Positions 13,001 to 26,170 of a stretch of 64,000 nucleotides of DNA are shown one piece after another. The notes under the pieces were generated by a model that was given only the letters and a program-made list of their open reading frames with translations, searched no databases and was not told where the DNA came from. Made by a program: the position numbers and the translations under genes. Positions within the stretch are counted from its first letter, which is position 1, and every line of letters starts with the position of its first letter. This DNA comes from Azolla caroliniana (lineage: Eukaryota; Plantae; Polypodiophyta): contig JBHGNT010000008.1 in assembly GCA_043228905.1 (NCBI GenBank), positions 2,542,001-2,606,000 of the forward strand, in the 5' to 3' direction.

Positions 13001-13197
13001 TTGACTGAGAGAGGGTCTTTGGAGTGATCTAGAAGGTCTAGAGATTCTTCTAAAGTGAGTGAATCCAACGAATTGCTGGCTTGATTGATCTGTTTGGGCA
13101 GGTGCGGAAACCTTGTGGATGCAAAACTATGGTGTGAGTATCGATCTGTCAGGGTGAAGTCTGCCAAAGGAGGTAGAGAACCCATCTCGAGTTCCAA
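10024..13197 (-). CDS. PLS-class pentatricopeptide repeat protein with E domain and degenerate DYW domain
   Basis: Many P-L-S triplets (LVDMY.KCG...EA..VFD....DVVSWTALI.GY); E-domain HYNCIVDLLGRAG; C-terminus FGLESTP...IKN..ECH...RVIICKD..C...NGNCSWGD. The exact start codon is uncertain. Confidence 0.92.
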   Translation of the reverse strand: MELEMGSLPPLADFTLTDRYSHHSFASTRFPHLPKQINQASNSLDSLTLEESLDLLDHSKDPLSVKDLISILQKCRRKGSILYAKRVHHYIREKGMETHKDIGNYLVPMYVDCKSISDAEEVFGRLPYRNHYSWTSLIHGYVECGECQHAFDVFNNMQLDMVCPSRHTFLAMIKACIRSKCIDNGYVVHAHIIVDGFEEDLFVGSNLVDMYSKCGRIHEARDVFDHLPTQNTVSWTSIIVGYVDNGCGEEALKCLDQMKAEGVLPDAVTYLCGLKACCSLGFLEKGYALHAEIVEEELDNYPFIGSMLVDMYVKCGLLFEARAVFDNLEVKDVVLWSTLISGYVESGLGNEALDCIEQMHKANMPLNAYTFNCGLKACCITTGTLAKGRELHDEIVRESYEKDAFVGCALVDMYAKYGSITEAFYVFDELAVRDKVSWTALISGFVEHGFNEEALECLQQMAEEDICPDAATYVCCLKACANLGNVQMGWKLHADIAMDSMENGGIVGSALVDMYAKTHMLEEAQEVFDGLQVRNVVSWTALIAGYLDHGLTCEALSLYKRIQMDGILPDAIGFAFGLKASASLKHWAEGLGIHIDIVKLGLEKDALVGSSLVDFYAKCGLFREAKESFDQLLVRDVISWTALMIGYAEQRLEDKVFECFTQMQLDGVLPDLYSWNTVISGCADQGEKESVFTTYRQMQDQGLLPNSITLVSLLKVCASTTSLEMGKRIHAQIEGATGVENVKVVLANVLIEMYSRCGRIGDALEVFDSMTTKDVVTWNTLITGCGRQGEIDIAFSMLERMKDEGIKPESITFVSVLSLCSHVGLVDEGLRYFKAMSKDYGISPDLEHYNCIVDLLGRAGRLNDLFEILESNSFEPDIVTWSTVLSSCHQWGDIELGSRAFEHIARLDQRNAPSLIVISNMYVDGHMWKSNKNFNPMKMDELRKLKGHEMNWIEIDGNCKQSLGEDKEECTMSPNAIKVGMFDKDTTSCQNIESPSSQFGLESTPKQSSIQLIKNSKLSIECHEASSQVSSLKERVIICKDSNCFPFVMNGNCSWGD

Positions 13198-15591
13198 TGG
13201 AGAAACAGAGGAAAGCCCTCCTCTGTTTCATCCTTCAGCATATCCTCATTCCTGCGGCTCAAAAAAAGTAAGTGAAAGCATCATCACTTCTCTTAATGTG
13301 CAGATAATCTTGATATGATATTATGAATAATGAGAGAGATACATCATCAATCTCTCCTTAATAAAACAGCATTTTTCAAGAGATCCCGGGTTCAAATCTC
13401 CATTTTCATCACTTCTTCCTATTGAATTTGCCCACCTCATTTGCTCTAAACAATAATCAATACAGATTCCACGAATTGTTCACTTCCTTTGCTCTAAACA
13501 ATCAACACAGATTCCACAACCATCTTAACTAACTATGACCCAAACTGCCAATTCACCCTCTCTGCGCGATTTCCCCCCTCTATTGTTTGCATTTGTAGAG
13601 AGGAGAATGGCCTTTTGGTCTGGTCACGGTAAAACTTGCGAGCGTTTCTTGTTCTATTTTGAAGTCGGAGCATGAGAAATGCACACGCCCCCCTTCCGTT
13701 TTCTACTTGGCATTCATCGAGTCTCAACTCCCCTCGAGGGGCCTAGCAAGAGGTATAGGCCCTTCGCCTTCTCTCCACAAGTTTCCCCTTTGCTGAATAT
13801 ATCATTTGGTTTTATTTGTGGATAGTTGGGATCATATCATTGCCGAAGATAAGAGCTGAAAGGTTTGAGAGTTTGTCTCTTCTAGGTTTGGAAATTTAAA
13901 AATCGTTCTATTTATCCCTAATTGTCCTTCGAAATTTCAAGAAATCATATTGCCAATAGAGAGAGATGGAGAGATTGCATTAAGAAGTTTGCAAGGAACA
14001 ATATTTTGGAAATGCTACGAATTATGTGGAAAATGAATGGGCTTCGATTTCAAAGCATTGTTGGGTTCAAGTTAAGTTATGAGCTTAGCCATAGCAATTG
14101 CCCAAAATAACTAATATTATGTAAGGAGCTTTATAGAATTCAAATGGAGGTAATCTAAACCATTCTCAAGGTGGTCCACACTAAGCAACAATATTTATCC
14201 CTACCAACACTTGTATAGCTTTTTTCTACAATATGCGCAAGTAGTTGTCATAATACTATTTTCAAGTGTTATAGCTTGAATGAAGGAGTTCACCAAGCAC
14301 AAAATATCAATCTATGATCATTTTACTCTGGTCAGGCTCAAATACTCCCCACTATGACAATAATGATAGAAATAAAAATCTCAAATCTCCACTTTCATGT
14401 CCTCTAGAATGATCAATAAGCTCTAGGTGTAGTATATGATGCATCAAAGCTCATAAACAAATACATATTGCAATGCCACAAATTGAAGTTCGATGTTAAC
14501 AATTTGTCATGTTCATCAACAAGTGTGTTCATGAGGAGAACTTAAGTAAAATTTTCTAGTTTGGCACCAATCCTATTTAGAACTTGGTTATATGACACTT
14601 CAAAGCATTATTTAAACTTACGCAAAAAGCCACAACTGAAGGTTTGGTTATTGCACATCCCATTTATGAAGGGATTGTTGAGAATTTGGATGAATGTGTA
14701 CACAATGCCATTGAAGTTCATTGTTGAGACAAATTATAAAATAGTTTTCCATCAATCAATGCTTTGGTTCCCCTCAAGTGGATTGATTCAAAATAATGAG
14801 TACAATGGTACGGCGGTCATGTGTAACAACATTAAGTCAATAACAAAATTTCAGATATGTCATATCTTTGTAGTTTTATTACATTAATTGTCTTTTATAA
14901 ATTTATTTGCAATGATTTGTTGCTCTTTTACACTGCCACATCGTAATAACAAAAAGATAAGATTCACACAAGGATGGTTGCAACAACATTAGCTTCTAAT
15001 TTTTACTACAAGTTCCTATAAATGATCTCCATATCGACAACACATTTGCCTCACATCCTTGGATAGCTTGTTTTTAGCACACTTTTTTAGTGGCACACTG
15101 TTGCTCAATCTTCCCATAAGCTTCACTTTTATACGGCTAATAATAGTGATGTGCTAAGATGGTATGAGGCAATGCTACACTTGGGTTCTTTCAACTACTA
15201 TTCATTTCAACATGGATACAAGAAAGACCTCAATGTCACCATGTAAATCTCCAAAGCTCATGCTCTACTTCTTCCTACCACATTGTAACTATTCCAACTA
15301 TAGGTACATTTGACCTATATACATCGTAGATGAGTGTATACATCATATCCATAGTCTAATCCTAGAGAGTTGGATTAGAGAGTTATCTCAGCATTCAACT
15401 TGGATCACACTTATCCTAGATAGCTTATCTATTATTTCATTATGATAATTTGAAAGCATCTACAATTGGGGAGATCATAATATTATGCCTTGCAAGGTCA
15501 GATCTTTTACATTGTATCAGGCTACTCATTGTCGTTTGAAATAACTGTAGAAGCTGACAAGAAAGATTAAATGCTAATTACAAATCCGCAA

Positions 15592-15625
<34 letters not shown>

Positions 15626-16523
15626 CGTCAATAAAAACTACATAGCTTTGTGAGCAAACCTCTATACCCAGAAGGCTTACCTTTATGCCCCATGTACCAG
15701 GAAATTCAATTTTAAGAACAGTTTACATTCAAGTAATCATACTATTTACATGCAAGTACATGATTCTGGGCATAATATATTTTACATCCAAAAGAATCTT
15801 TTTACCTGAAAAGATGCTTGTGAGCCACATTAGCAGCAAGAAGTGATGCAACACTGGGTTGTTCAACATGGTGAAGGACTACCTTCTTTACGAGTTGGTT
15901 TGTTCTTATACAGAAGGTATAATTGTTCACATATTTGAAAGGGTATTATTTGTATGGATAATCCTAATTGATCTGAGATATAAGACAGGGTTGTGGAGCA
16001 AGGCCCTAATATTTGAGGGTTTTTATCAAACTCATCAAGGGGTCTCATTGAATACCATTTCCTGCACATTATATGAAGCAAAAAATGACACTTTATAGAA
16101 TAAGCATGATGTAACATTCGTATTAGTGAGTCGAAGTAAGTAATCAAGATAAGACTAAATTAGATACAAATAAAATTACAGTGCATGATGTCATTAGTAT
16201 TTACATGAGTGAGCGGCCTTTAAATAGGTCTAGAACTTGTTGTCTATATTAAGGAACCCTATCTAAATTAATCTAGCAGTAGATTTGTGGGCTTTGTTGT
16301 AGGAGCATAGGAAGGTTTATGATCATAGTGGAAAATTACATCAGTCTATCCTAACTAGATTATCCTGACATGTACATGCTGTATTTTATATTTAAAAACC
16401 TGTCTAAAGTCATTGTTTGAATATTAGAGAGTTTCGAATGTAAAAATAAAGAGAACCCCAAAAAATAAATGAAAAAAACAAAATAAGCAGAAATTCAGAA
16501 CGTTCTAGATTTCAAACCCTTAC

Positions 16524-18164
16524 CTGATCACAGATGGGACAATAATTGCTCCTTTCCATCCATTCATAGATACAACCAAGATGGAAATGATGACCACACT
16601 GGGTACTTATTTTCGGATTCTCCTTTGTATAACCTGTCAGATAATTGTTTTACAACCGCATTATCCTCATAAATTATTTCTCAACAATAAAAGTTCAAAC
16701 CTTGCACAAATAAGCACAGAAAGCTATGAATCAGCTTCACACAGAAATAGATAAACATAAGATAATTCTCCGGGGAATTGCAAAGTCATCTATCTGTTCT
16801 ATACAAATTAAAATTGACTGAAATCCTATTCTCTGGGAGGATGAAGAGACAAGTTATCATATATAATGTGTGTTTTATTTTGATCGTATATAGTTAAGTA
16901 TATGTTGGCATAGTCATATCTATGATCAAGGGAGACAGATATAGAGATAACCATATCTCAGAGAAGAAGACACAAGAGACCACAAGTTTTTGAGTTGTTA
17001 GGGATGCATCATGTAGCAAAATGAATTAAAACATTGAAATAAACTAACATACCATCAAGACATGTTGGACAAACATCCTCATCTTCCCCAGACCACATTA
17101 GGGGCTCCACTCGTCCCATTGGTGTTGCTGATTGCTGTTTTTTATCGGGTGAGTCAGTCTTGTACCCTTGAGGCTCATCGTCATGATCTGCAACATTTCT
17201 TCTTTCTGCAGTTCTAATTAACTCACCAGCATCAATGTTGCTTTGCCATAAAGGTTCTGATTCTTCGCTATCCAACTGGCTTATACCTACTTTCTCACGC
17301 CCTGATACTGATCCATCTCTTTGTAACCGTATATATCTCCGATCAACATCATCGGGATATGGCCTTAAGAGAGGTCTGTATGTATCTGGAAAAGTATCAC
17401 CTGTTGTGGCCACCAACAGACCCGTTGAAGAGGGAGTTGCAATAGTTTGTATCGCAGAGACCAATTCATGACCATTAGAAGGGTGGAATAAAGCACCATA
17501 CTGTAGTCAGCAGAATATTTATTAAATGAAGTGCCATGTCAGTTATTCATGCATTTATTGACATCTACGTATTTGCAGCTCTCTCATTGACCATAACTAA
17601 TTGGTGTACTCATTGACATAGAACCTTTTCTGTGAAGATTATGTTGTCATAAACACAAATGAGCACAACCTACCGAAGGTACTCAAATCAATTATTTGGG
17701 TTGTTTAAACCAAGTAAGAGTAGATGCAGCTGCGGATTGACAAGCAATCCAACTCAGCGTTTATATAGTTGTGATAGGATCATGAAATAAATGCAATTTA
17801 TTTTTTAAAATGCACAGACATTAAAGGAATTTTAAGAAATTGGAATATTTGAAATAAATTTTACTTAGTTGTAATTCAAAGGTCTTCATGTAGGCAACTT
17901 AGTCAACAAATATTACTCGACGTATAAGCATTCATAAAAACAATCGGCATCAACACAGTTCATACAGCTTAGAACGCAGTACTGTTTTAACCAGGCCATC
18001 TTACATTGAATGTTAGAACCAATTTATTGGAAAGAATTTACCATCCTCATAAAAACATGCAGGCTGCGCCGAATGCAAAAGCAATGGCAATTTATCGATT
18101 CTGTTGGGGATGTTGTAAACTCAGCAATGTCTTCCCTCCTTGGGCAGCAACATAAAGCTCCCAT
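16524..18164 (-). CDS. RING-H2 E3 ubiquitin ligase with N-terminal myristoylation/palmitoylation motif; exons 18164-18042, 17500-17053, 16633-16524; last exon not resolved
   Basis: Starts MGALCCCP; conserved PDTYRP..RP.P.D motif; C3H2C3 RING EDEDVCPTCLDGYTKENPKISTQCGHHFHLGCIYEWMERSNYCPIC assembled across phase-compatible GT-AG introns. Confidence 0.9.
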
Positions 18165-19720
18165 TTCTTTGACTCTTGGAAAAGAAGCTAGTTTACACAA
18201 GGCAATTCTGAGAATACATCCATATTTACAAATCTCACAATCGTGATAGGAAAGATGTCTGTATAAAATAAATATAGTAGGGAAAATAACATGACCCCTG
18301 AGATTTTCTTTATTTCCCCAAATGCCTCTGCTCAACTTCCAAAGGACAGTAAAAGGGGATAAATTTACCATAGAAATTGCTCAAAAGGAGGTAGACAGGG
18401 GAATTTGGAGAAATAATGAAAGCTGGAGCCCATTTTGGAAGTAGTGGAAAACATAGGAGTATTTCACAGTCAGCTATTTGCAACACTAAAACCTTTCGAA
18501 TGATGGCAAATTAGAAAAACGTCCCCCACATGTAAACACCGCCACTTAATCTCTAAAATTCTATAGCAACAGAATAGTCTTCCTCTATTTCTAGTGAGAC
18601 ACACTGTTTGATCATGGTATTTATTCCTCGACATTACACGTTTATAAGGCCGCCCTTTTATATCCCTAAATTCCCTCAAATTTGCACGAACTTCCTCAAA
18701 ATGTTTGCCCCAATGCTCTCAATTGCGAGAGTGTTTGGAGAATGGATTTTTAAAGCTTCACTTATCCGGATGAATTTCATCTTCAATTATGTGGCCACTT
18801 CACAGCAGTTCTTACATTAGGAGATTGATATCTCTTCCTTCCATTCCTGAATCCTTCCTTGCACAGGAGGTATGGGTCTAGCCATTGTCAGTTGTTTACC
18901 CAATTTCACCTGAAATCGACCCTTTAAACAGCTTGAATATGTGCCAGGGAACGAAACAAAAGGAAGGTAAATACTAAAGGAAGAAGCTAGGTCAATATTT
19001 AAAGATCCAGAAAATTCACACATTATTCAAACAATCCCACAATATGCATACTCTAGTATCCCTGGTAGCAATGAGAAATAGTGAATCTATGGAGTAACTG
19101 AATACCAAAATTAGCATTTATGGTTACACATCAATCAATACTTATTACGCCCATCAATAAGATAATATTTCCCTTCATAATTTCTTATCATTCATCCTCC
19201 TCACTTTCTCCTTCTATGCTTCATGATAAATAGCTTTAAATAATAACTCTTTAGAATCAAAACCTTTATTTTGGCACGACTATTGCTATACTCAACGTTG
19301 CTATTTGTCTAATTTCTTCAAATCATTTTAGTCTCTTTTACAAGAAGGTGAAGCCCAGCCTTGTTGCCCTGCTGAGGACCAAGAACAAGAGTGAAGATAC
19401 AAACAAAACAGGAGGAATGGTTAACAGGGAAATTCTACAAGGCTGAGAAGCACTCGTTGGTGTATGATATTTCAAAAGTGCACCCATATAATTTGCTTTC
19501 CATGACCATGGCTCCCTATGTCTTTGCCATATGATATATGTGACTATGTCTCTATGTTCAGGTTTACTCAAAATCCTGCAAATTCATGAAGTTGAATATT
19601 CCTCTACCCATTAAAGATCATGGTATTAACTCTCTCTCTCTCTCTCTATGAATGGGTAAATACCCCATTTTTTGTTGTAAACCAAATATCTCATGGGTCA
19701 ATTTTGGTCTTAGAAGACGT

Positions 19721-19723
<3 letters not shown>

Positions 19724-19804
<81 letters not shown>
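19724..19804. repeat. (CT)n(CA)n compound microsatellite
   Basis: Read directly. Confidence 0.95.
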
Positions 19805-19808
<4 letters not shown>

Positions 19809-20341
19809 TAGTCGGATTTAGGACACAAACCTGATAGTTGAAGCTAGCGATGGTGGGAGGGGAGAGGGAAAGCGCTCCCTTCCCCCTCCATTACTTCCCC
19901 TTTCTCTATTCTATTCCCTCCTGTTTCGATCCGCTCTGTCTTCTTTTAGATTTGATCTCTGCCTCTGTCTATGCCTCTGCCTCTGTCTCTGTCTCAGACA
20001 ATCGTCGATGCATATGTATCTTGTTTGTGTCATCCATTGCGAGAGGCTTCCATTTTTTATATTTCCCCAAATACCCCTCACTATATTTTCCTTTATTCCC
20101 CAAATACCCCTCCCTGTATTTTCCTTTATTCCCCAAAATGCCCTTTGTCCCATCCCCTGTTTAGTTACGAGCAACAATTCATCCTCATTTCCAAGCACTA
20201 ACTAGTTCAGCCTAAACCCTCTCTCTATCTCTTCTTTTCGGCCCCGGACATGTTTCGTGAGTCTAAAAGATCGTGCCTTCATACCATTCCCCAACACCTA
20301 TGACCCTGGTTTCCACGCATTGTCAGTTCGGCCCTACATGT

Positions 20342-20890
20342 TGTTTAGATTGAAGAGGTTTGAAAGTCATTCCTTATGTGTGATCTTGATTAGTTTGATT
20401 GGGCAATGCAAGGCTTAAATGACACTCACCACCACCTTTGTGTACTCTCGATTGCAATAATTGCGAGTAAAATTCTTTGACATCAAGACTTTGTTTGCTA
20501 CTCAACTCCCACATGTATTACGTGAAAAAATGTTTTACCTTAAGAGGTTTGAACGCCTTTCTTCATGGATGTATGATCTTGATTGGCTAGAACGGGCAAT
20601 GGGAAGCTTCAATGACACTCACCACCACATTGTGTACTCTCAATTGCAATGATTGTAAGTAAAATTCTACTACTCAACTCCATGCATATTTACATGAAAA
20701 TATTTTAGCTTGAGAGGTTTGAATGTCGTTCCTCCTAGATGTGTGTTCATGATCGAGCAGTGTGAAGCTTGAATGACGCTCATTAGTGCATTATGTACTC
20801 TCAATTGCAGCAATTACATGAGTAAAATTCTTCAACATCAAGACTTTGATGTACTCAACTCCACACACATTATGTGAAAAAATGTTTTAA
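20342..20890. repeat. Three diverged ~170-190-bp tandem copies
   Basis: GAGGTTTGAA...AATGAC(A/G)CTCA...TGTACTCTC.ATTGCA...AGTAAAATTCT...TACTCAACTCC...TGAAAA occurs three times. Confidence 0.8.
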
Positions 20891-22374
20891 CCTGGGTTCC
20901 ATAAGTCATATATTGAATTCTAAGTGAATTCTACCTATCTTCCTTCCCCTTGTGGACTGATTCTAGAAATTTGGGGAAATAATAAAAATACGTAGGGTGT
21001 TTTGGCTTACTCCCGAATGCCCTAGCTCCATCCTTGTCCCTCTCATGCATTGATTCATTCTATTCTCCCTTCTATATCACCTTTCGTGTGTTGATCGAGG
21101 ACATTGAAAATAGAAGTTCAGGGTTAATTGAACATTGAATAAAAAAAGGAGAACATGTTTCCTCAAGTGACAAGAATATTTGAACAACTAATTATGGAAT
21201 GCCCCGAATGTGAGGACATTATACATGAATTATAGGAGATCATACTAGGTTTTATTGGCTTTCGGGAAAGTCTAACAAGGACAAAATCATTGTTGACAAG
21301 ATTGGGCATATTTTGCTTTTCTCATCTACTCGTCCACATAGCCAATTGTCATATAAATCCCAAAGAGTGAATTGTGAAAACAAACTTAGTTTTTTGTTTT
21401 TTATTTTCACACATACATGCAACTCGAGGAGAGTGCTTTGTAACGATTGATCGGTTCTATGGATCATGTTGGCCTCCCTTTATGTCAACATATCATCGTT
21501 GTCACCTCTCTTTGCAATGTGCAATTAATACGTGATTCTTGATGCTTGAGAATCTTGCTAATGAACATTATATCTAATAGATTGATGTGTGTGGGATGTT
21601 GCAACAAGCAATATTCAGTTCGCGAGTTTGAAACTCAAACTCCTTCAAAAAATCAAAAACTCGAATCAAACCCGTCTACGAAACCATTTAAGAGACTATC
21701 AAACCTGAGTTGTTTAAAAGTAGACTTTGTTGAAGCACTACTATTATTACACACCCCACCCAATTATAGGTTTATTTGACAACAACTACAAAATATCCCA
21801 TTGATGCAAGGTCCTTTACATCGACAAACATAAGAGCAATAATGGGTTGATTGGTGTTTATGGGATTGAATGCCATTTTTACAAGTGACTACTAATCTTG
21901 TATCATTTTTCTGTTGAGTCTCTTTGATGGCTATCATCTAAGGCTGAATAAGAGTGTATAACTTTGATTACGATGTCGTGAAGATTTTCGGCAATAGTGT
22001 GAAAATCCGATAAAACGTACGAAATCGAGTATGAATCACATAATACAATAATTGTGAAGATAACATTTTTAATATCTAAGTACAAAATGATGGAGGTTTC
22101 GAATGCACTTTATTACACGAGAAATGGACAACTAAATGTCAAGATATGAGGGTATAAAGTTTGTGAAAAGAAAAGAGAAAATTGTGAGATATCCCACATA
22201 GGCACGACAAATACGACTCTCATCATATATAAGGTGGAGCAAAAGATATTATCTTTGTGTCTATGTGTGGAGCATAGAGAGTTCAAGGTAACTTGAACTA
22301 AGAGTGGAGGTGGGCTAGCTACTCGTAAAGGGTTTTGGCCAACCAAAACCGGACCGGCGATGGAGACGGTGAAC

Positions 22375-22709
22375 CGACGGCATCCGGCGAGGCACCGGTA
22401 ACCGACGGCATCCGGAGAAGCACCGGTAACCGACGGCATCCGATGACGGCACCGGCATCCGGCGAGACATCGGTAACCGACGGCATCCGGCGACGGCACC
22501 AGCATCCGGAGAAGCACCGGTAACCGACGACATCCGGCGACGGCACCGGCATCCGGCGAGACATCGGTAACCGACGGCATCCGGCGACGGCACCGGCATC
22601 CGGCGAGACACCGGTAACCGACGGCATCCGGCGAGGCACCGGTAACCGACGGCATCTGGCGAGGCACCGGCATCCGGCGAGGCACCGGTAACCGACGGCA
22701 TCCGGCGAC
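22375..22709. repeat. GC/CpG-rich minisatellite built from CCGGTAACCGACGGCATCCGGCGAGGCA and CGGCACCGGCATCCGGCGA modules
   Basis: Read directly; it explains the overlapping repetitive ORFs at 22113-22814. Confidence 0.9.
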
Positions 22710-22757
22710 TATATAAATAAATATATAAATATATATACAAATATACATATACAAGGA

Positions 22758-22826
22758 GGAGAAGTAAGGATTCGAACCTTGCACCTTCAAGTTATGAGTC
22801 AATTGGCTTACCATTAAGCCATGCTA
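22758..22826 (-). pseudogene. tRNA-Met(CAT)-like degenerate sequence (pseudo-tRNA or SINE-like head)
   Basis: Minus strand reads TGGCTTAATGG (A-box-like), GACTCATAAC anticodon loop, GGTTCGAATCC (B-box/T-loop). The acceptor stem does not pair. Confidence 0.55.
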
Positions 22827-25145
22827 TTTAGTTAAAATTATATTTCTATCATTGTACTTTTACATGTAAATTCTCATACGTGAGAGCTAAAATGAGTGAC
22901 ATGGTTATCATGCACCACATGTAATACATAAGCGCCAAATGGCAAACATGCAATTTATGCATGTCTTGTACCCTCACATGCATCAATTGCATGAGAGCAT
23001 CTATAAAAGAAGGAAGGGGGAGGAGAAAAAACACGGTTTTTTTTTATGAAAATTAAGAGGAAGAAATTCGTTATCAAATTGATCGTGTAACTTGTTTCTT
23101 AAATCTAAAGTTAAAAGTTCAATCAATCTCTCTCAATCGTGTAATCTCAACTTCTCTCTTTCCCAATCTATCTTAAGTACTTTCTCGCTAAAGCTTGTAT
23201 CGACTCTAAATCCTTCTGGTCCAGAACCCCAGCGGTTTCGCCTCACGATCCGCGCGTAGTGACGGATCTTCACGACAACGGATGGCGACAGACTTTAAAA
23301 TGTAGTTGGCATTCTAATTGCCACTTGTAGCAAAGGTCTTCATTTGAAGAGTTTTAATTGGGGGGTTGCCTTTGGGATTAGCTCTAACGCAACGTGGACT
23401 AACAAGTTGCAACAGGTAATTGCTTCTTTTGCATGTTAAAGAGGAAGCTAATACTCATTATTTCATACAATATCAATTCGCTTATCGCAATTGGAGTTAT
23501 TGACAAATTTTTTCTCAATGTTATTTGACATCAATACAGTGAGTGTTTGAATGATGCACACTGGTCAACCCAAAATAAGAGATAGAGACCGTTTTCCTAT
23601 TTATGAGGGGATTGCATCATAATTGGGATATGCACAATGATTTTGTATTTGATGTTAGGCATGAAGTCAAAGCATATCTACGAAAGTTGAAAGGGAGTAC
23701 TAATGTGATAGCTTTCTGTATTGTAACAAGTAGAAATTCATTCGTTAGTGGAGTGTTCATCTTGCCAACTGACAATGTCAACACGTTCGATTACTAGTGT
23801 ACTGTAGTGGGAAACCATACAATTCCATTGTGGTACCAATTGTAAGTAGTGTTTTTTCACACACATTTATTAATATAATTTCATATTTCCACACACACAC
23901 ACACACACACATTGATAAGTCCACATGGCACTCCATTTATGAAAGGTGATGATGATTGTATGTATCTGTGTATGTATGCATGCACGACGTGTCTATTATA
24001 CACCAAATCATAAATAGGGTTGATAAGGGAATTGCGACCACGAATAGTGCAGGTGTGCGATATGCACCGTCTTATTTGGATTTTTTTAAAAATGCGCATT
24101 GGAAAAAGCTGTCAGAAGTCACCCAACTCTGAGTCCTTAGTAGCCCAAACCTGTTAGAGGTTGCCCAATTCTAAATCTTCGGTCACCCAACTATGAGTCC
24201 TCAATCGCCCAACCTGGTCAGAGGTTTCCCAACCTTGTTAGATCTATCACATTGATGCTTCATTCACATCCCCTTTGTTTCTATCTTGTTAGATCTATCA
24301 CACTAATGCCTCATTATTCTAGGATTTGAAGGACACTTTTTGCAGGGTTTGATGTAAATTCATAGGCTTTGGAGTATGTTCTCTGCATGTATTGATGTAC
24401 ATTCATGTGTATGCATGCTGGAAGCCGATTTCTTTATTTCTTCATCTTCTTCCCCTTTTGGGGTTTTCAGTATGCTTTCTCTAGTTGTTATGGTCATCGA
24501 TGCTAGCTTTCTTTTGAGGTTTATGACAACCACCATTTCTTGCACAGAATTGAATTAACTCTATTAAATTGAAAGATAATTTTTCCTGCAGGTTTTATGT
24601 CGTACATTCATGTGCATGCATGTCCTAGTTTATGGTGCACAAAAGGTAAAAGTACCACCCAATGCAAAATGAAAGAGTTATTTTTTAGACTTGAATATGA
24701 AAAAATTGCACTTTTGCAAGTGGATAAATGGAATTTCTATGATGGTTACTTCTCAATATTTGATAGGTGAAAGAATCTTGAAGCACAAGGTTTTGCATGG
24801 GCATTGCATGATGAGATACAATTGGTAGAAAGACAAATTTCAATATGATTCTAGAATATGTTAAAGAAATAAGGTACTTCTTACTTTTGATCAGAGTTTA
24901 GATTATCTTAAGGAATATGTTTCTTAATTGTGTATTGTATTACTCCCAACAATTGAATGCATTCTAAACTGAAGACATGTTAAACCCAAAAAACTGTTGG
25001 GTCTATCCACTCAAGTGGAGCCCACGACATGGAGACGGCTGAGAGCCGAAGGACCGATTGAGAGTCCATTGCTCAAACTATTGGGAGTCAGTTGAGCACC
25101 GAATTGGCTTAGGGCCAAAAAGGTTAAAAGTTATAGTTATATTTA

Positions 25146-26170
25146 GGGAAAAGTACCAAGATACCCTTGGAAGTTCGTCTATTTACCAGAATGCCCCTAG
25201 AAGTTCCAAATTGACCAAACTACACCTATGTCCAAAAAAATACACTTTATAAAGTAATTATACACTCAAATCTACAAGCCCTATTTACCAGAATACCCTT
25301 CAAACACAAATTTCTTTACTTAAGCGATTCTTTGGGTCCTTTGTACCTAACATTGTAGTCTTTCTTTTCTTTCTTGTTCATTGGGTTGGTCAATCGTCTT
25401 CATTATTAGGATATGGGGTTACCTTGTGCATTACTAGATATTTTGTTGAGTCGATAGATATATTTTATTTTGTGGATATTTTTGGAATTACACTTTTTGT
25501 AGACGGGTCAAAATTAACATGTAATTATTACATTTCGATAAGTATTTTTGGTTTGCAAGTATTTTTGAAATTGATGAGATGGAGGAGATTGAGTTGTGAT
25601 TGCATTTTGCTAACAAAATTTAGTGTAAAATCATGAAATTTGGTTTAAGATGGCCTTTTAATAGCAAAGTGTTATGTGATATTTCGTTTAAAATGACACT
25701 TTGGTAGCAAAGTTTTTCGTGAGATTTGGTTTAACATTTTGGCCGCAAATTCATGGAATTTGGCTTCAAAATGGCATCCCAATGGTAAAATTTGGTGTGC
25801 GATCAAATGTTTTGGTCACTTCAATCACAAATTTTGGTTTTATGGGATTAAGCTAGTATAACTCGGTGTAAATTCATAGAATTGGATTTTAAGGTGACCT
25901 TTCAATTGAAAATTCTGATAATTTAGTTTGATTTATGATGTATTTTGAAAAATAAAAGTGGTATAAATTGGTCAAAATAGGTATATAGTGGCATTATGGT
26001 AAATAAGTTTAGCTTTAAGGGTACTCTGGTAAATAAGGCTTGTAGATTTGAGTGTATAATTACTTTATAAAGTGTATTTTTTTGGACATAGGGGTACTTT
26101 GGTAAATTGGAACTTCCAAGGGCGTTATGGTAAATAGACGAACTTCCAAGGGCATCCTGGTACTTTTCCC
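25146..26170. mobile_element. Non-autonomous Mutator-like element (MULE/MITE)
   Basis: ~155-bp TIRs beginning GGGAAAAGTACCA and ending TGGTACTTTTCCC; perfect 9-bp TSD TTATATTTA (25137-25145, 26171-26179); no coding capacity seen. Confidence 0.92.

Noticed and set aside
13736-13767. GC-rich hairpin upstream of the PPR gene as a terminator or ncRNA
   Set aside because: A single short stem with no supporting context; intrinsic terminators are not expected in plant nuclear DNA.
15440-15545. Last exon of the RING-H2 gene
   Set aside because: An acceptor and an open frame exist, but the peptide (TMSSLIQCKRSDLA) does not resemble the usual short RING tail and may be a retroelement relic; unresolved.
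22113-22814. 233-aa and overlapping repetitive ORFs
   Set aside because: Artefacts of a stop-poor GC-rich minisatellite; open in several frames on both strands.
22758-22826. Functional tRNA-Met gene
   Set aside because: The acceptor and anticodon stems do not pair properly; kept only as a tRNA-like relic.
23603-23797. Small gene downstream of the TATA at ~23002 and splice-like sites at ~23415 and ~23539
   Set aside because: No recognisable homology; the evidence is too weak without transcripts.
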